In this document: in pieces, positions 14,788-28,814 of the stretch | Position numbering within the stretch: the first letter of the stretch is position 1 | How the letters are laid out: each line of letters starts with the position of its first letter | Program-made: the position numbers and the translations under genes | NCBI GenBank assembly: GCA_964057225.1 | Contig: OZ059897.1 | Span: 13,516,001-13,580,000, forward strand | Length of the DNA: 64,000 bases | Direction of reading: 5' to 3' | Origin: Auanema rhodensis | Lineage: Eukaryota > Animalia > Nematoda | Notes under the pieces: generated by a model | Told to the model about the DNA's origin: nothing | What the model saw: only the letters and a program-made list of their open reading frames with translations | The model's database searches: none

Positions 14788-15577
14788 TTAAGATGGGGTT
14801 GATGGACGATCTAGAAAACGACGGTACTCATTAACAGTTCTCCAATGAGCATCTCTTAGAAGCACCTGAAATAATTGGTTTTTTCATCACAAGTCAAATA
14901 CGGTTAAACAAACCTGAGGTCTGTTACTTTTCAAAAATTGAAAAGCTACGTTAGCAAGCCAGTTTCTCCTTTTCATCAAGTAGCAGGTCGCAACGGTAGC
15001 ACTACGTGTTCTGCCAGCCTGAACAAATAAAATATCCCAAATTTAAACAATTTTATGCGAACTTTGCAGTGAACGTAAACAGTTTTTCCTTTTCCGACAA
15101 TTCCTTCCATAAAATTAACAGCAGCATCAATTTCAGATCTTCCTGTAGATCCAAAAAAGTCTGTCATCGGTACACCATGAAATTCAACCCCTACAGCTTT
15201 CCAATCCTTTAAAATATTATTTCATTTTATTTTCTCTGCGAACATATTACATCAGCTCCCATAGATTGATAGGCAGCTTTCAACTCAAAGTTTTCAGTGC
15301 AACAAACAACTCCCCCAACGTTTTCTTTCTAAAATTAAAATCATTTTTAGTACAAGTTGATTTCAGTTACGCGTGGAAAGTCACACTTGCAAATTATTAA
15401 ACAAAACTCTACTATTGAACTTACCTCCACAAGTTCTGATGTCATAGACTTGAATGGCATGGCTCCTACGATCAAGGTTTCATCAATTCTATTGTACCAA
15501 GCCCATTTGTTGGGTTGAACATAGTTTCTGATTAGATTATAGCCCAAAGAAGGGTAGAAAGCAACACCAGAAAGCAT
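14788..15577 (-). CDS. PTPMT1-like mitochondrial phosphatidylglycerophosphatase (dual-specificity phosphatase family); 5 exons
   Basis: MLSGVAFYPSLGYNLIRN...WYNRIDETLIVGAMPF...VPMTDFFG...VYVHCK|AGRTRSATVATCYLM (HCKAGRxRS PTPMT1 signature)...VLLRDAHWRTVNEY...PS*. Confidence 0.92.
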
Positions 15578-16633
15578 TTTAAAATACCTAAAATATACTT
15601 TTACTATGAACTTTCAATAGAAAAAAGACTAAAACAGAAATTTGTTAACAACATATAACTTCAAACTACTGCTAATTTAATCACATATAATATAAAAAAA
15701 GAAAGACATAGAGTTAAATATATTTTCATAAATAAGTAAATTGTGGAGAACACGACCTGTGCAAATGAAGTCATTCACGACTTGGTAAACACAGTGCAAT
15801 GCTTCACAATGTGCCTCGAAATATAGTATTTATTGTATTTCCAAATAGATTATTAGATATACGTAAACTAAATGATTCTAAATAATTCAGAATGCATTAA
15901 GAAAAATATTTGGCTTCTTCAAATAATTCAATCTCACGTCATGCTTTACTTGTGGTAGAAATCAAATAAGCTACGTAATATTCGTCTAATTATTTGAGTG
16001 ATATATTATTTGAGTGATTTTTAATAAGTTTCTTGAAACATAATTTAAGTTTCGAGCTGTTACTAATACGTGTGTATATATTATATAAATTTGTTTATTA
16101 TATCGTTTTTGCTACTATACTCGATGACGTTTAAACTTCTAATTTAATATATATTTTGATTACTTTTGCGAATTTCATACGCATTTACCTTTTTATGAAT
16201 TCAAATAATTACAAGTATTTACTTCCTAGTATATTAACCATTATAATTTGAATATTTATCATTAGAACTTATCTTTTAATTATATTATTATTTATTTGCT
16301 CCCCATCTTATTTAAAAAGCGAAATGTTTCGACTTCAGAATAAACTGGGTCTCACTTTCATTGTTATAAACTTTTGCTTAAATAATGAAATTGTAAGTAC
16401 TGTGATAAGTTTTCGCTTTGTTAAGCAGTCCCACGATTGGAAAATTTGAGATTGTTCATCCATAGACTTTAGACCTTTTAAAGATCATCAGATTTTTCTT
16501 ACATATGAACTTATAGAAAGTTTGCAAGATTTGATGATCTAGTACTTTATTTGATGTTGTTACATATACGTCGCACTCGCTTTTGTTTTTGTTTAAATTA
16601 TAGCTCATTGTACCGAAGTTAGAGTTTATAGAA
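15578..16633. promoter_or_regulatory. Bidirectional (head-to-head) promoter region between PTPMT1-like and nsun-4
   Basis: Two divergent ATGs about 1.05 kb apart, each preceded by an acceptor-like TTTTAG/TTATAG; no convincing gene between them. Confidence 0.6.
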
Positions 16634-18468
<1,835 letters not shown>

Positions 18469-21400
18469 ACGAAAATGATATATTTAGCAAAAGAGTTTAA
18501 GTATATAATTTAATTTGAAGTAGCGGGTAAAATTGTTTCTTTTAAGCAGTTACATATCATGTCAAGTTGTTACTGCGAAATACTATTAGTTATTTATATC
18601 TGTTTGTACATATTGTATTATACAATAGATATTGTTAATTATTTTATTTTTTTTATTTGTTATAGATTTTGATTTAATTTCTTTAGGATATTGCTTATTG
18701 TTGTTACTTTTGTTGTTACGCTAAGAATTTACGAATGAATATCTTTAGTCAAGCTTAGGCATCCTTTCTTTTTCATTTAAATTTACAAAACCATTCTGCG
18801 AAGCTATCTCCCGTTTTCTGTTCTGACAGCTTTTCATATTGGGGGATAGTTTTGTTATGTAGTTTTAGTCGATGTATACGATCAAATATTATGTAAAAGG
18901 AGAGTATTTTTTCCGTAAAGGTAATAAATCTGAAAAAAATTAATATAAATTTCAATCGCTATGAATTTCAACTTTCAAATATTTTCTTTACACCCACCTA
19001 CCACTTGTCTCCAGTTTTGATTGACTAAAGCAACAATTGACAAATTTCCAATAAACATGTCTCATATCCTACACGTGTTATACGTGAAACAAAATCTGTT
19101 TTATGTTTTTGAATATTTTTTTGCTTTGCTGCTCACAAAGCTGCTATACGCCTGTCTAATACTCCTGTCTATCTTTTTACTTTAGAATTTTATTCCAAAT
19201 AGAAGTAATTTCACCCTGTATATGTACGTCTCTATGATTTTATAACTTTGGTTTCTTTTAAAAATGTAAGAGAAATGTATAATTTTCTCAAGATTTGATT
19301 TTCGCTTCAATAATCGTACAGAAGAACTGAAGTTGTTAAGGCGAACAGCTGTGGTTAATTTTTTTTCGTTATTTCTTATATTTCCTTGAAGTAATTTATG
19401 AAAATTATAATGTTTGATATACTAACCAAATACGTTGTAGCTCTTTTATTTTATTATTTTTTCGGCTATTTCTATTCATTTTATTGTTTTCTTATATAAT
19501 TCGAACTAAAGTTCGAAACTATTTATCGCATAATTATCACTCTATTTTCTATATAAAATATATAGAACATAGTTGTTTATCGAAGTACCATGATTACTCC
19601 ACTATTCAAATGTACTTAATAAGGAATTGTATGCGATGCGCTTATATTCACACATCCTTTCGAATACTGGCACATGTGCATATTTTTCCATCCAAAGCTT
19701 TTATTACTCCAGTTTGAACCTGATAGCTCAGATGAGTAATTCAGTTTTTCTAGAAGTCCGGATTTATTATGGATATTAAAGTTGCTTACAACGCTATAAA
19801 TTTTAGTTCACAAGCGACCAAGTTGGTACGTTTTTAACGATTACATGCAATTTCAGAAATTTTTAAGTTCTCCCCACATTTTTTCTTATACTCAGTATGA
19901 TTAATAAGTTATTATTATTATTGTTTTATTATAGATATAGAGTACCAATAGAACCCTTTGTTTTATCCTTCTCTTGCAATCCAGCACGGAATTAGTCACG
20001 AGATATAATTTGACAGCAACATCCGCTTCCGCTTAACTAGTCTGTATGAAAACGGAACGGAACTGAACAGAACAAAACCTTTTTTGTGCATCGTCGAATC
20101 CGCACGAAATAAAATCAAATATACATATGCTTCTAGCTCTAAGATGTGCTGAAGATCGTAGTAGTGTTGATGGGTAAGCAAGTGATACTAAGAAATAGAG
20201 AAGACAGAAAATATATAAAGGAAATTCATGAAACGTATAAAGCTATATATAGAAAATAAAAACAAAAAGATATAAGAGAATGTGATAGAGTGTGTGTAAG
20301 AGGGAAAAGTGAACAAGATATAGAGAGAGGGGGATAGGAAGGGAGGGAAAGAGAGAGTAATAAATAACATAAATAGATAGATACATAGTTATAGGAAGAG
20401 AGAGGAAACTGAAGAGACAAGAAAAAGAGAAGGTAAGTTGAATCTGCTGTAGACATCAAACAAAATTTCTTATTACTTCGTGAATGAGAAATGGCTCGGA
20501 ACTCAGGTGTTTTATTCACACCGCATGTTGTCTTCTCAGAATTGTGACACTATTTTGTTGTATATTTTCCAAGATTTTTTCTGCTTTCGCATCTAAACAG
20601 AGTTAGTATAAATGAGAGCATCTGTCAGTTTTAGTTCAACAATCTATCAATGATCACAAGTTAGATGTCGTTGTCAGTCTGTTGTATTATGAAAAATTTT
20701 TGATATCTTGCAGTTTCTCGAAAAAATTAATTTTATTCTCTAAAAGAAAAATGTTAATTTGTTTCTTTTAGTCTCCCGTTCCTCTCTCAATTCTATTCAA
20801 CAAAGTAGACAAACGCTAAAGATGTGAAAATATGTTGAAGAAGATTCTCACGTTTATGTATTTCATCCCAATCATTTAAAAATTTTGTTGACTCTCATCT
20901 CATGGGTTATTTCTTAATTGTAATATGCCGTTTCGAATTCATTGATTAACACTTCGTATTTCAATTTTTAATTAGTCTTCTCCAATTAGACATGAATACT
21001 CAATATTAACGGTTTTAGAAATTTGATTTTTGATATACTTGAAAAGCATTTGAGTAAGAAGTGAGTATTTCTCACATAATAAATCAGTCTACTGTTTTAC
21101 TTGGTGAGGAGGGAGGGAGGATGTTTTAACTTTTCTGGGAGCTGAATAACTCCTCCTTCCATTCCATCTTTTTTTAACTTCTTCTCAGTGTTTTCTTATT
21201 GTAAAGAATATGTGAAAATTTTTTTAAACATGTTCACACTCATTGTCAGATAGCAAACATCCATTTATACCACTTTTGATGTGTTTTCATGTTTCATTTT
21301 TTTTGTAATCTATTAACTCGTCTGATACATCAGTTTGAAAACCAAATATACTACTGCCATCTTTGAAGGGTCTAAATAACACGAAAAATTGAAAACACTG

Positions 21401-22368
21401 ACTTTTTAAACGTTTTTCGCTGTTGCATATATTGCTTTCAAAATATTAGATTCTAGACACATAAGCACGTTCAAATACTTCTTTATTAATCTATTTGGTT
21501 ATAAATTATTCTAAATCAGAACTATGATTAAAGATATGAGTCATTTATAAGAAAATATATATTTCTCGGCAATATATATATATGCATATGTGTGTTGTAT
21601 GTATATGTATTTATATATATATATATATAAATATACATATGTATATGCTATTATCATGTATTGTTTCCCTGTTCAACCAAGCCTCTACCTCCTTGTTAAT
21701 TATGTGTGCTAGAGATGAGCCCTCCCTCTCGATCTGTTCCTCTCAGTTCCATGACGAGCACATTTTCAAATTATATTTTTCTCCGTTGCTATTTCATTCC
21801 CAGTATTCCGATACTAAAACAATCTTCTTAATTATCATCAAAATATTAAATGTGTTCTGAGGTGTTTTTGGAAAAAAAATAATGGATCAAGTTCAAGCTT
21901 TTCTAGCATTTTCTTTTGAATCTCCTCCCATTATTTCATTTAAAAAAACGTATTACGTGAACCCATTATATAATTATATTTGTCATCAAATGATCTATCT
22001 TGGGAATAAAATGTTGTTTTCCAGGCTTTTTTTTCTATTTTCTATCTTCTCATTCTGGCTGTCTTCTCAGCCTGATAGATAAAGCCGTTGTCTAACAGCT
22101 CTAACCCAATTGAATTTGCTCATTGTCAACTACCTTTTCTATGTAAGGTTTGAAACATTCTCTTTGATGATCTTTAAAATTTATCAATTCTTAATAATAT
22201 ATGCTTGTATAAAAGATAATTCTTCCTATATAATTTTACCTTTTTGATATTATATATATATATATATATATAATTATTATATTGTTCATCAGTCAGTCAG
22301 CATGTTATATTTCTTCCGCAAACAACTAACATTATAATGAACTATTATTTAATATTTATAGAAATACA

Positions 22369-25202
22369 ATGATAACAAATACGGTTACATTAATTGTCGA
22401 CATCTTTTTGCTTATAATTTGTATAATGCAAATTGCAGCTAATTTTGTTGTTCTATTTGTATGGAGTATGAATCGCAAGTTGAGGTAAACTTCTTCTTCT
22501 TTTTCTTCTTTTTCTTCTTCAATTTTTATATTTGAATAATTGTAAAATTAAATTAAAAAAAAAAGGAATGAACACAATTTCAATGTTCATATTCATATGT
22601 ACATATGTAATAATTGTTTTTTAATAAGATTGACAAAGAAATTGTATATAGTGATTGAATTCACAATTTCCTTTTTTTTGAGAAGATATTAAATATCATA
22701 TGTTGAAAGCGAAATTACAAAAATATGTATATCTAAATCAGTTTATATATATATATATATATGAATAATATTTATTAAATAAATATTAAATATTGTTAAT
22801 ATAATTTCAGGGCAAATGATAATCTTATTCTACTAGTATCATTGGCTTTTATCGACTTCGTTTATGCTGTTTTACAGTTCCCATATTTGGCTATTTTAAT
22901 TCGGGAATGGAAACCAAATGGTATTGTTCTTTTCAGCTATTTATATGATGAAAGCTGAAATTTGAATAAAAAAAAGTAAAATAGAATTTTTTTCATCTTG
23001 CAAGTTTTAACGTTTTCTCAAATATATAATTTGATTTTCAAGTTTTGCAAACGATTACTTCATTAAAAGTTATCGGCAGTTTAAGTTTTTTTTGTTGCCA
23101 ATTCTAAATTTAATAGTTTCGAGCAAAAATTTACTGATTTCTAATCTTTTTTTTCATCCATTTAAACTTTATTTTATGGCTAATTTTTGGAAGACAAAAC
23201 AAAAATTTCCTTGTTTGGATCTTTGACCAGCTATGAGAAATTGAAATCCATGAAATTCACAGTTTGCAACCAAAAAAAGCAGTAGCCGTTTCTATTGTTG
23301 CTGAAGTCGATGTTCAAGCTGTTTTTGTGTTCAATCTTCTCTTGTAAATTACTTGATGGACAAGTGAAGTGGAGAAAAAATTTAAGATTCATAGAATATC
23401 CGCAAAATATACTGAAAAAAAAGCTTTATTTACACACGAAGATTATATTTAATTGAAAAAGAAAAGGAGGAACATGTAGTTAGAGCATTTGCGTAGGGTA
23501 GAATGTTGTGAAAAGGGTTTAAGTGAATAATATAAATATCTTATTTTATTGTTTCAAGGTATGGATTTCAATTATGATCCATGGATTATTGTACCATTAG
23601 GTGGACCATCAGCAGCTTTAATGAAATCAGGATGTACCATCACAACTGCTATAGCAATTGACAGAATATTGGCTTTATACATGCCAACACGATACTATAC
23701 ATTCTCAAAGAGAAGGTGCGTTTTAATTAATGTTTATATACAAATCATTAAATAATATATCAAAATAATAGAAACAGCTGAAATGCCACTAATTTGTCAG
23801 AAAAGTTAAATAAGTTGAAGTACAGCTGTCATGTCAAAAACTATAGTCGAAACAAAATATTATTTTCTGGTTTGAAATTCCAAAAATCATGTCATCATGC
23901 TTTCCGAAAATAATAGATGGCTTATTTTCAGAGCATGCTAAAGAAAATTAGTTGAATTTCTTTCTTTTTTTTAAATTAGAACATTCTTAAACTAAAATAA
24001 TTTTAGATGGTGCACTGGTGCCTTTATTTTTTCTTTATTTATGGCCTTAATTGATTGGATTGTCCTGCAGCTTACGGTAGAAATTCAGCCAATGCCACGA
24101 TGCTCATCGTTCGGTTGTTTCACTAATAAGGTTTAATACCTATTTTATGAAATTAGGATATATCATCTAAAACTTTCAAGACTTTCCGAGCCTACTGGGG
24201 GCTATCAAACATGCTCATGAATTTGTTATCGTGCCTATTCACGGTGGTTATAATGTTCCATCTATGGAAGAGATCCGCCATCAACAAGGCTCGAATGCAA
24301 GAAATTGAGAAAGCAAACCGGAGCAAAATAGATAGTAGCGTAAGTACTAGGAAACATTCATTTTTCAAAAGGTTCCCAAAGAAGATGAATCTTATATTTC
24401 TATTGAGAGAACTAAAAGTTTTCGTTTTTATTTATTATTGAGAAAACAAGGAAGTGTGCATAATTTGCTTTGCCAAAAAAAAGAGAAAGTATTTAATGAG
24501 TTAAAGAGCATTTCTGCGCTAATAATCAGGGAAAGTTGTAAACGGTTTGTGAGATCTAAAACAAACTTATATTAGCTCAAGTTGATGTTTTTCCTTGTTT
24601 TTTTACTACAATTTCGTTGTTCTAATTGTGTTGAGCTTCAAAGAACAGTGAACAATATTATTTTGAAAATAAACTCAAACTGTTTATTCTCATAGAATAC
24701 AATAAGAATAAATATTATCTTTACTAAGCTAAGATGAGAGAAAATATATGTTTTGAATTTCAGGCAAATCGTGTAGCTCTCTATATACTTTTGGTGTCAG
24801 CCCTCATTGGAGTTGTTCCAGGCTGTTTAAATGGTATTGGAACAATCGTTGAAATACCGGTTAGCTATGAATAATATAATTTTAATTATATATGTATAGA
24901 TATATGTTTATAATTCCAAAATTTATTTTGCAATTTTATAAAATATACATATGATTAGATAGATTAATAGATAGTTGTTGTAGCAGATCATTCAGTCCAT
25001 TTTTCAGATATTAAACGAAATATCTTTCTTTGTTGGAACATGTGCTACTCTATCTGGCTTGTCCCACGCTTTTATCTTTGCCATGGCTCATCGAGAGATC
25101 AAACATGCTATTAACACACAAATTCTCTCGATATGCTTTCCTTCGCTCAAGACTACTGTCAAAACGGAAACTACGAGTAAAACGGTGATAACTAAACCTT
25201 AA
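22369..25202 (+). CDS. 7TM GPCR, nematode Srsx-like (class A-related); 7 exons
   Basis: Exons ~22369-22483, 22811-22921, 23558-23715, 24007-24130, 24181-24340, 24764-24860, 25008-25202. They give MITNTVTLIVDIFLLIICIMQIAANFVVLFVW...LAFIDFVY...IAIDRILALYMPTRY...ANRVALYILLVSALIGVVPG...HAFIFAMAHREIK, seven hydrophobic segments with a DR motif. Confidence 0.85.
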
Positions 25203-28200
25203 ACTTTGTTATTTTTTGTATAGCACTTATATAGATAGCTGATATGAAATCGGTGATCAGACAAACGTTCATATAGCACATGTACTATATCTGCATAGCT
25301 CAATGTTTTAAATCTACCTCCACATCACACACTTGGTCACTTTAACACATCGAGTTATTCTTACTCTTCTATTTCTTCTACTTCTACTTTTATTTTTACT
25401 TCTACTTCTACTTCTTCTCCTCTCCAGCTACTTATTTTCTAAAATGTCTTCCGTGTTTGTCTCAAAGGAATCCCGAGCAGAATCTTCCACGAACGTCAAG
25501 CAGAAGTGATTTTTTTTTTGAAAATTTTTAGCTTTGCTCGTAGTTTGAAACTTTTCTTCACTTACCTAGTTTGATTTTATGTTGGCCATACTGGTATCAC
25601 AACAATGCTTTATGTTTTAAATATTTTGTTCTGTATTTAAGTTTTTTCTAAATTTTGCTTGTTCTTCTGCTTCAGTTCAGATATGGTTATAAAATCTGAG
25701 GATTAACACTGATTAAAAAGCAAAACAGAGTTTTGTTCTGTTTCAAAAATAAACTGACATTCAAGTAAAAAATTTGAAAACATTTTTCATAATCGATTCT
25801 TTTCATTTAATAATTCGGAATAACATGTTTACAATATGCACTAGCGATTTATTTAATTATTAAGAAATGTTAGTATGTTTATGATTATATTCCAATAAGT
25901 TGCATAGTTAATTAGTGTATAAGCATGACTTACTGAAGAAGCTTATGTTCTGTTGCTTCTCTAATATGAATGATATGGTAATCATATCCTATAATCAATT
26001 ATTTCAGCCACTACCAACAGTTTCACTTATGAGCCGATAAGATTTTGATGAAAAGCTTCTTGACCAATGACCAGCCAAGAAGAATATTATATACCATATT
26101 ATTCAATTTAATTTGATTAAAATATTATACTTTATAAATGAAAAATATTCACAGTATGTCAATTATTGAATAATTTAATTTGAATGAAGATGATTAATGA
26201 AATTGAGAAATAACAAAACATTCACAATAGATAATTATAATCATTTGATTTCATGTTGAAGAATGAAATAAGAAAATATATATGAGATTATTTAAAGAAA
26301 ATTGGCTTAAGACATAAAAACAAAAATTGTTCTTCGAAAAAAACGGATAATATTGCAGCTTTTTACGTGAATTACATTTGCAGGGCTTGTTTCATGTAAG
26401 TTCGAAATTTGCAAGTATATGATGTTATTATATATGAGGATTTGCAGAATCTCTGAGAATTACATTAAAAATTAAGAAAATTAATGTAAAATACTGATTT
26501 TCTTGTTTCAAACACCAATATAAATTGATTTGACGAAAGACACCATATGTATCTTCATGTGTTGAATTACTATTAACTCTTCGATATATAAAGGAAACAT
26601 ACTCAAATCTGGTACAGAAACAGTAAAACGGATAAACGATCAGATGTTCAGATAACGATTGAATAATATCTCAATTTCGAGTTTCAATTTACGTGAATTG
26701 CTATGTAATCTACGTAGATTACAGGCAGATTTTCACGAATTTCCTAAACTAATAGATATATGAGACCGGTATCCTGAACATTATATATTTTATTCTAAAA
26801 ATTCAAACCATAGACTATTTAACAAATTCATAACCGTTGTTATCGTTGTTGAAGCTCAGAAATCAGGTCAGTCCAAACGTTTTCGTTTTTTTTCATATTC
26901 ACTGTTATTACTTTATTAATCTTTTTATCAAATTGTGTTTGCCTGAATATTCAACACCTTACTATTTGATTATAACGCATTGAAGTATGAAAAAAGGAAG
27001 AAAAATAAAATTATACTTACTAGACATAAACCATCATACAGAACACTTTTCGTTTTTCTAAAAAATTAAACAAATAATTTTAACAAAAAAAAAACATTTT
27101 TTAATATTTCATAATCCATTCTTTATACTTAGATATATTCCAAAAAAAAACTAAACAATAAATAAATATTACGAATTGAAGAACGAGTTAGAACTCAGAC
27201 ACAGAGGTTAGCCTTGAAAATTATAACTGTACTGTACAAAATGAAAAAAAATCATTTTGTTTTCATATGTACATTTGACTTTTCTATTATATTTAGTAAT
27301 GTATAATATATATATATATAGTTATATTTAGAAAAAAAACATATAGTAAAAGGTGAATTCCCAACAGAAAAAAATATTCATGTAGATATATTCGAAGTTC
27401 AATTATCCAGAGAATATAGTAAAAAAGATTGTTATGATATAAAAATGAAAAATAGCCAAATAATAAAAAGTGAAAGTGAGAAATAGTTAAAATAAGGTAA
27501 AATAGTTAGAGTGAGGTGAGAATATAGCAGATATATTCCTGTATAATAGTCCGATAACTGCAGCTCCATGTTGCCATTTAACAAAAAAAGTTGACGAGAA
27601 ATAAAAGAAAATCGACTGTATATGTTGTTTTTTAACGAAACAAGCTGAAAATAACAAGTTACTTTTCCTCTCTCTTTTCCTCTTTTTTTAAGCATTTCAT
27701 ATACTACTTTAGTCATTTTCTCTTTCATTTTTCTCTCATCATCACCTCATTTTCTATATTTTTCCAATTATTATTACTGTGTTCCATAATCATCACCAAC
27801 ATTTATCGTCGACAGGCATATGAATCTTTTTTCATTTTAACAGACATCCCAACAGTTTTACTCTTCAGTATAACACGCCTTTTTTTGTCAGCCCCCCTCC
27901 TAAATCATTAAAGAGTTCCCTCTCTCTCTCTATTTCTATTTTCTCTCTTTCTTTTCCCCTCTGTCTCTCTATCTTATAGTGGTTCTTCACTGACAACCTC
28001 TTTACCTGTGCACAGTTACCAGGCTGTTCATCCGCAGAAACAAAATCAGTGACGATTGCGAAGAGACTCATCGACAGAATTAAACGATTATAAAAAAACA
28101 GCAAACAAGCATGGTTATACAGGTAATCCATGTTTTTTCTTTCTCTCTTTCGCTTCAGCGACTTCTAGATCCAAACATAATATTAAAGTTTATTAACTTG

Positions 28201-28814
28201 ACTTTTCTCTATCAATTTCATTTTCATATTACTTTGCCTTCATCGTTGAGCTTTTAAAAACTAAGATCACTCGTTCTCCTGATTGTTCTTTTTTACTTGT
28301 TGTCTCATCCTTATAAGGAACAATCAGGTTAGTCCTGAACTGACAACTCTTAGATTCTTGGCTATTCTAAACTTCACACAAATTCCTTTTTTTTACCTTT
28401 ATCAATGCATGTTCTTCTCGGCGACACATCTTTTATGTTTGTTAAAAATATTTTTCTTTCTTAAAATCATCAGTTTTCATAGAAAAATTCAAAATGAAAA
28501 TTGAATTGAATAATGCGAAGAAGTTTCTCTTAAGACTCCAAACATGCGTCAGAAAGTTATTCATACTCCATAAGAAGAACGCTCGTTGATCAGTTCTATT
28601 ATTCTAATTTGAAGAGCTTTATTCATCATAAATACTTTTTTTTTCTTGTATTAATTTGATTTTTAAAATTTTCTGATTAAAAGTGAAAGAAAATTGATGA
28701 CATTGTAAAAAATCTGGGACATTTCATTGTCGTGGAAGTATTCAAGCTTGAGCACTTACATTTTCAAAATTCTACTAAATATTTCATTATTTTCAGACTT
28801 TAAAGAAGAAAATC

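Noticed and set aside
16324-16450. Tiny two-exon ORF (MFRLQNKLG...) upstream of nsun-4
   Set aside because: 30 aa, no features, 40-nt intron; expected by chance in AT-rich DNA.
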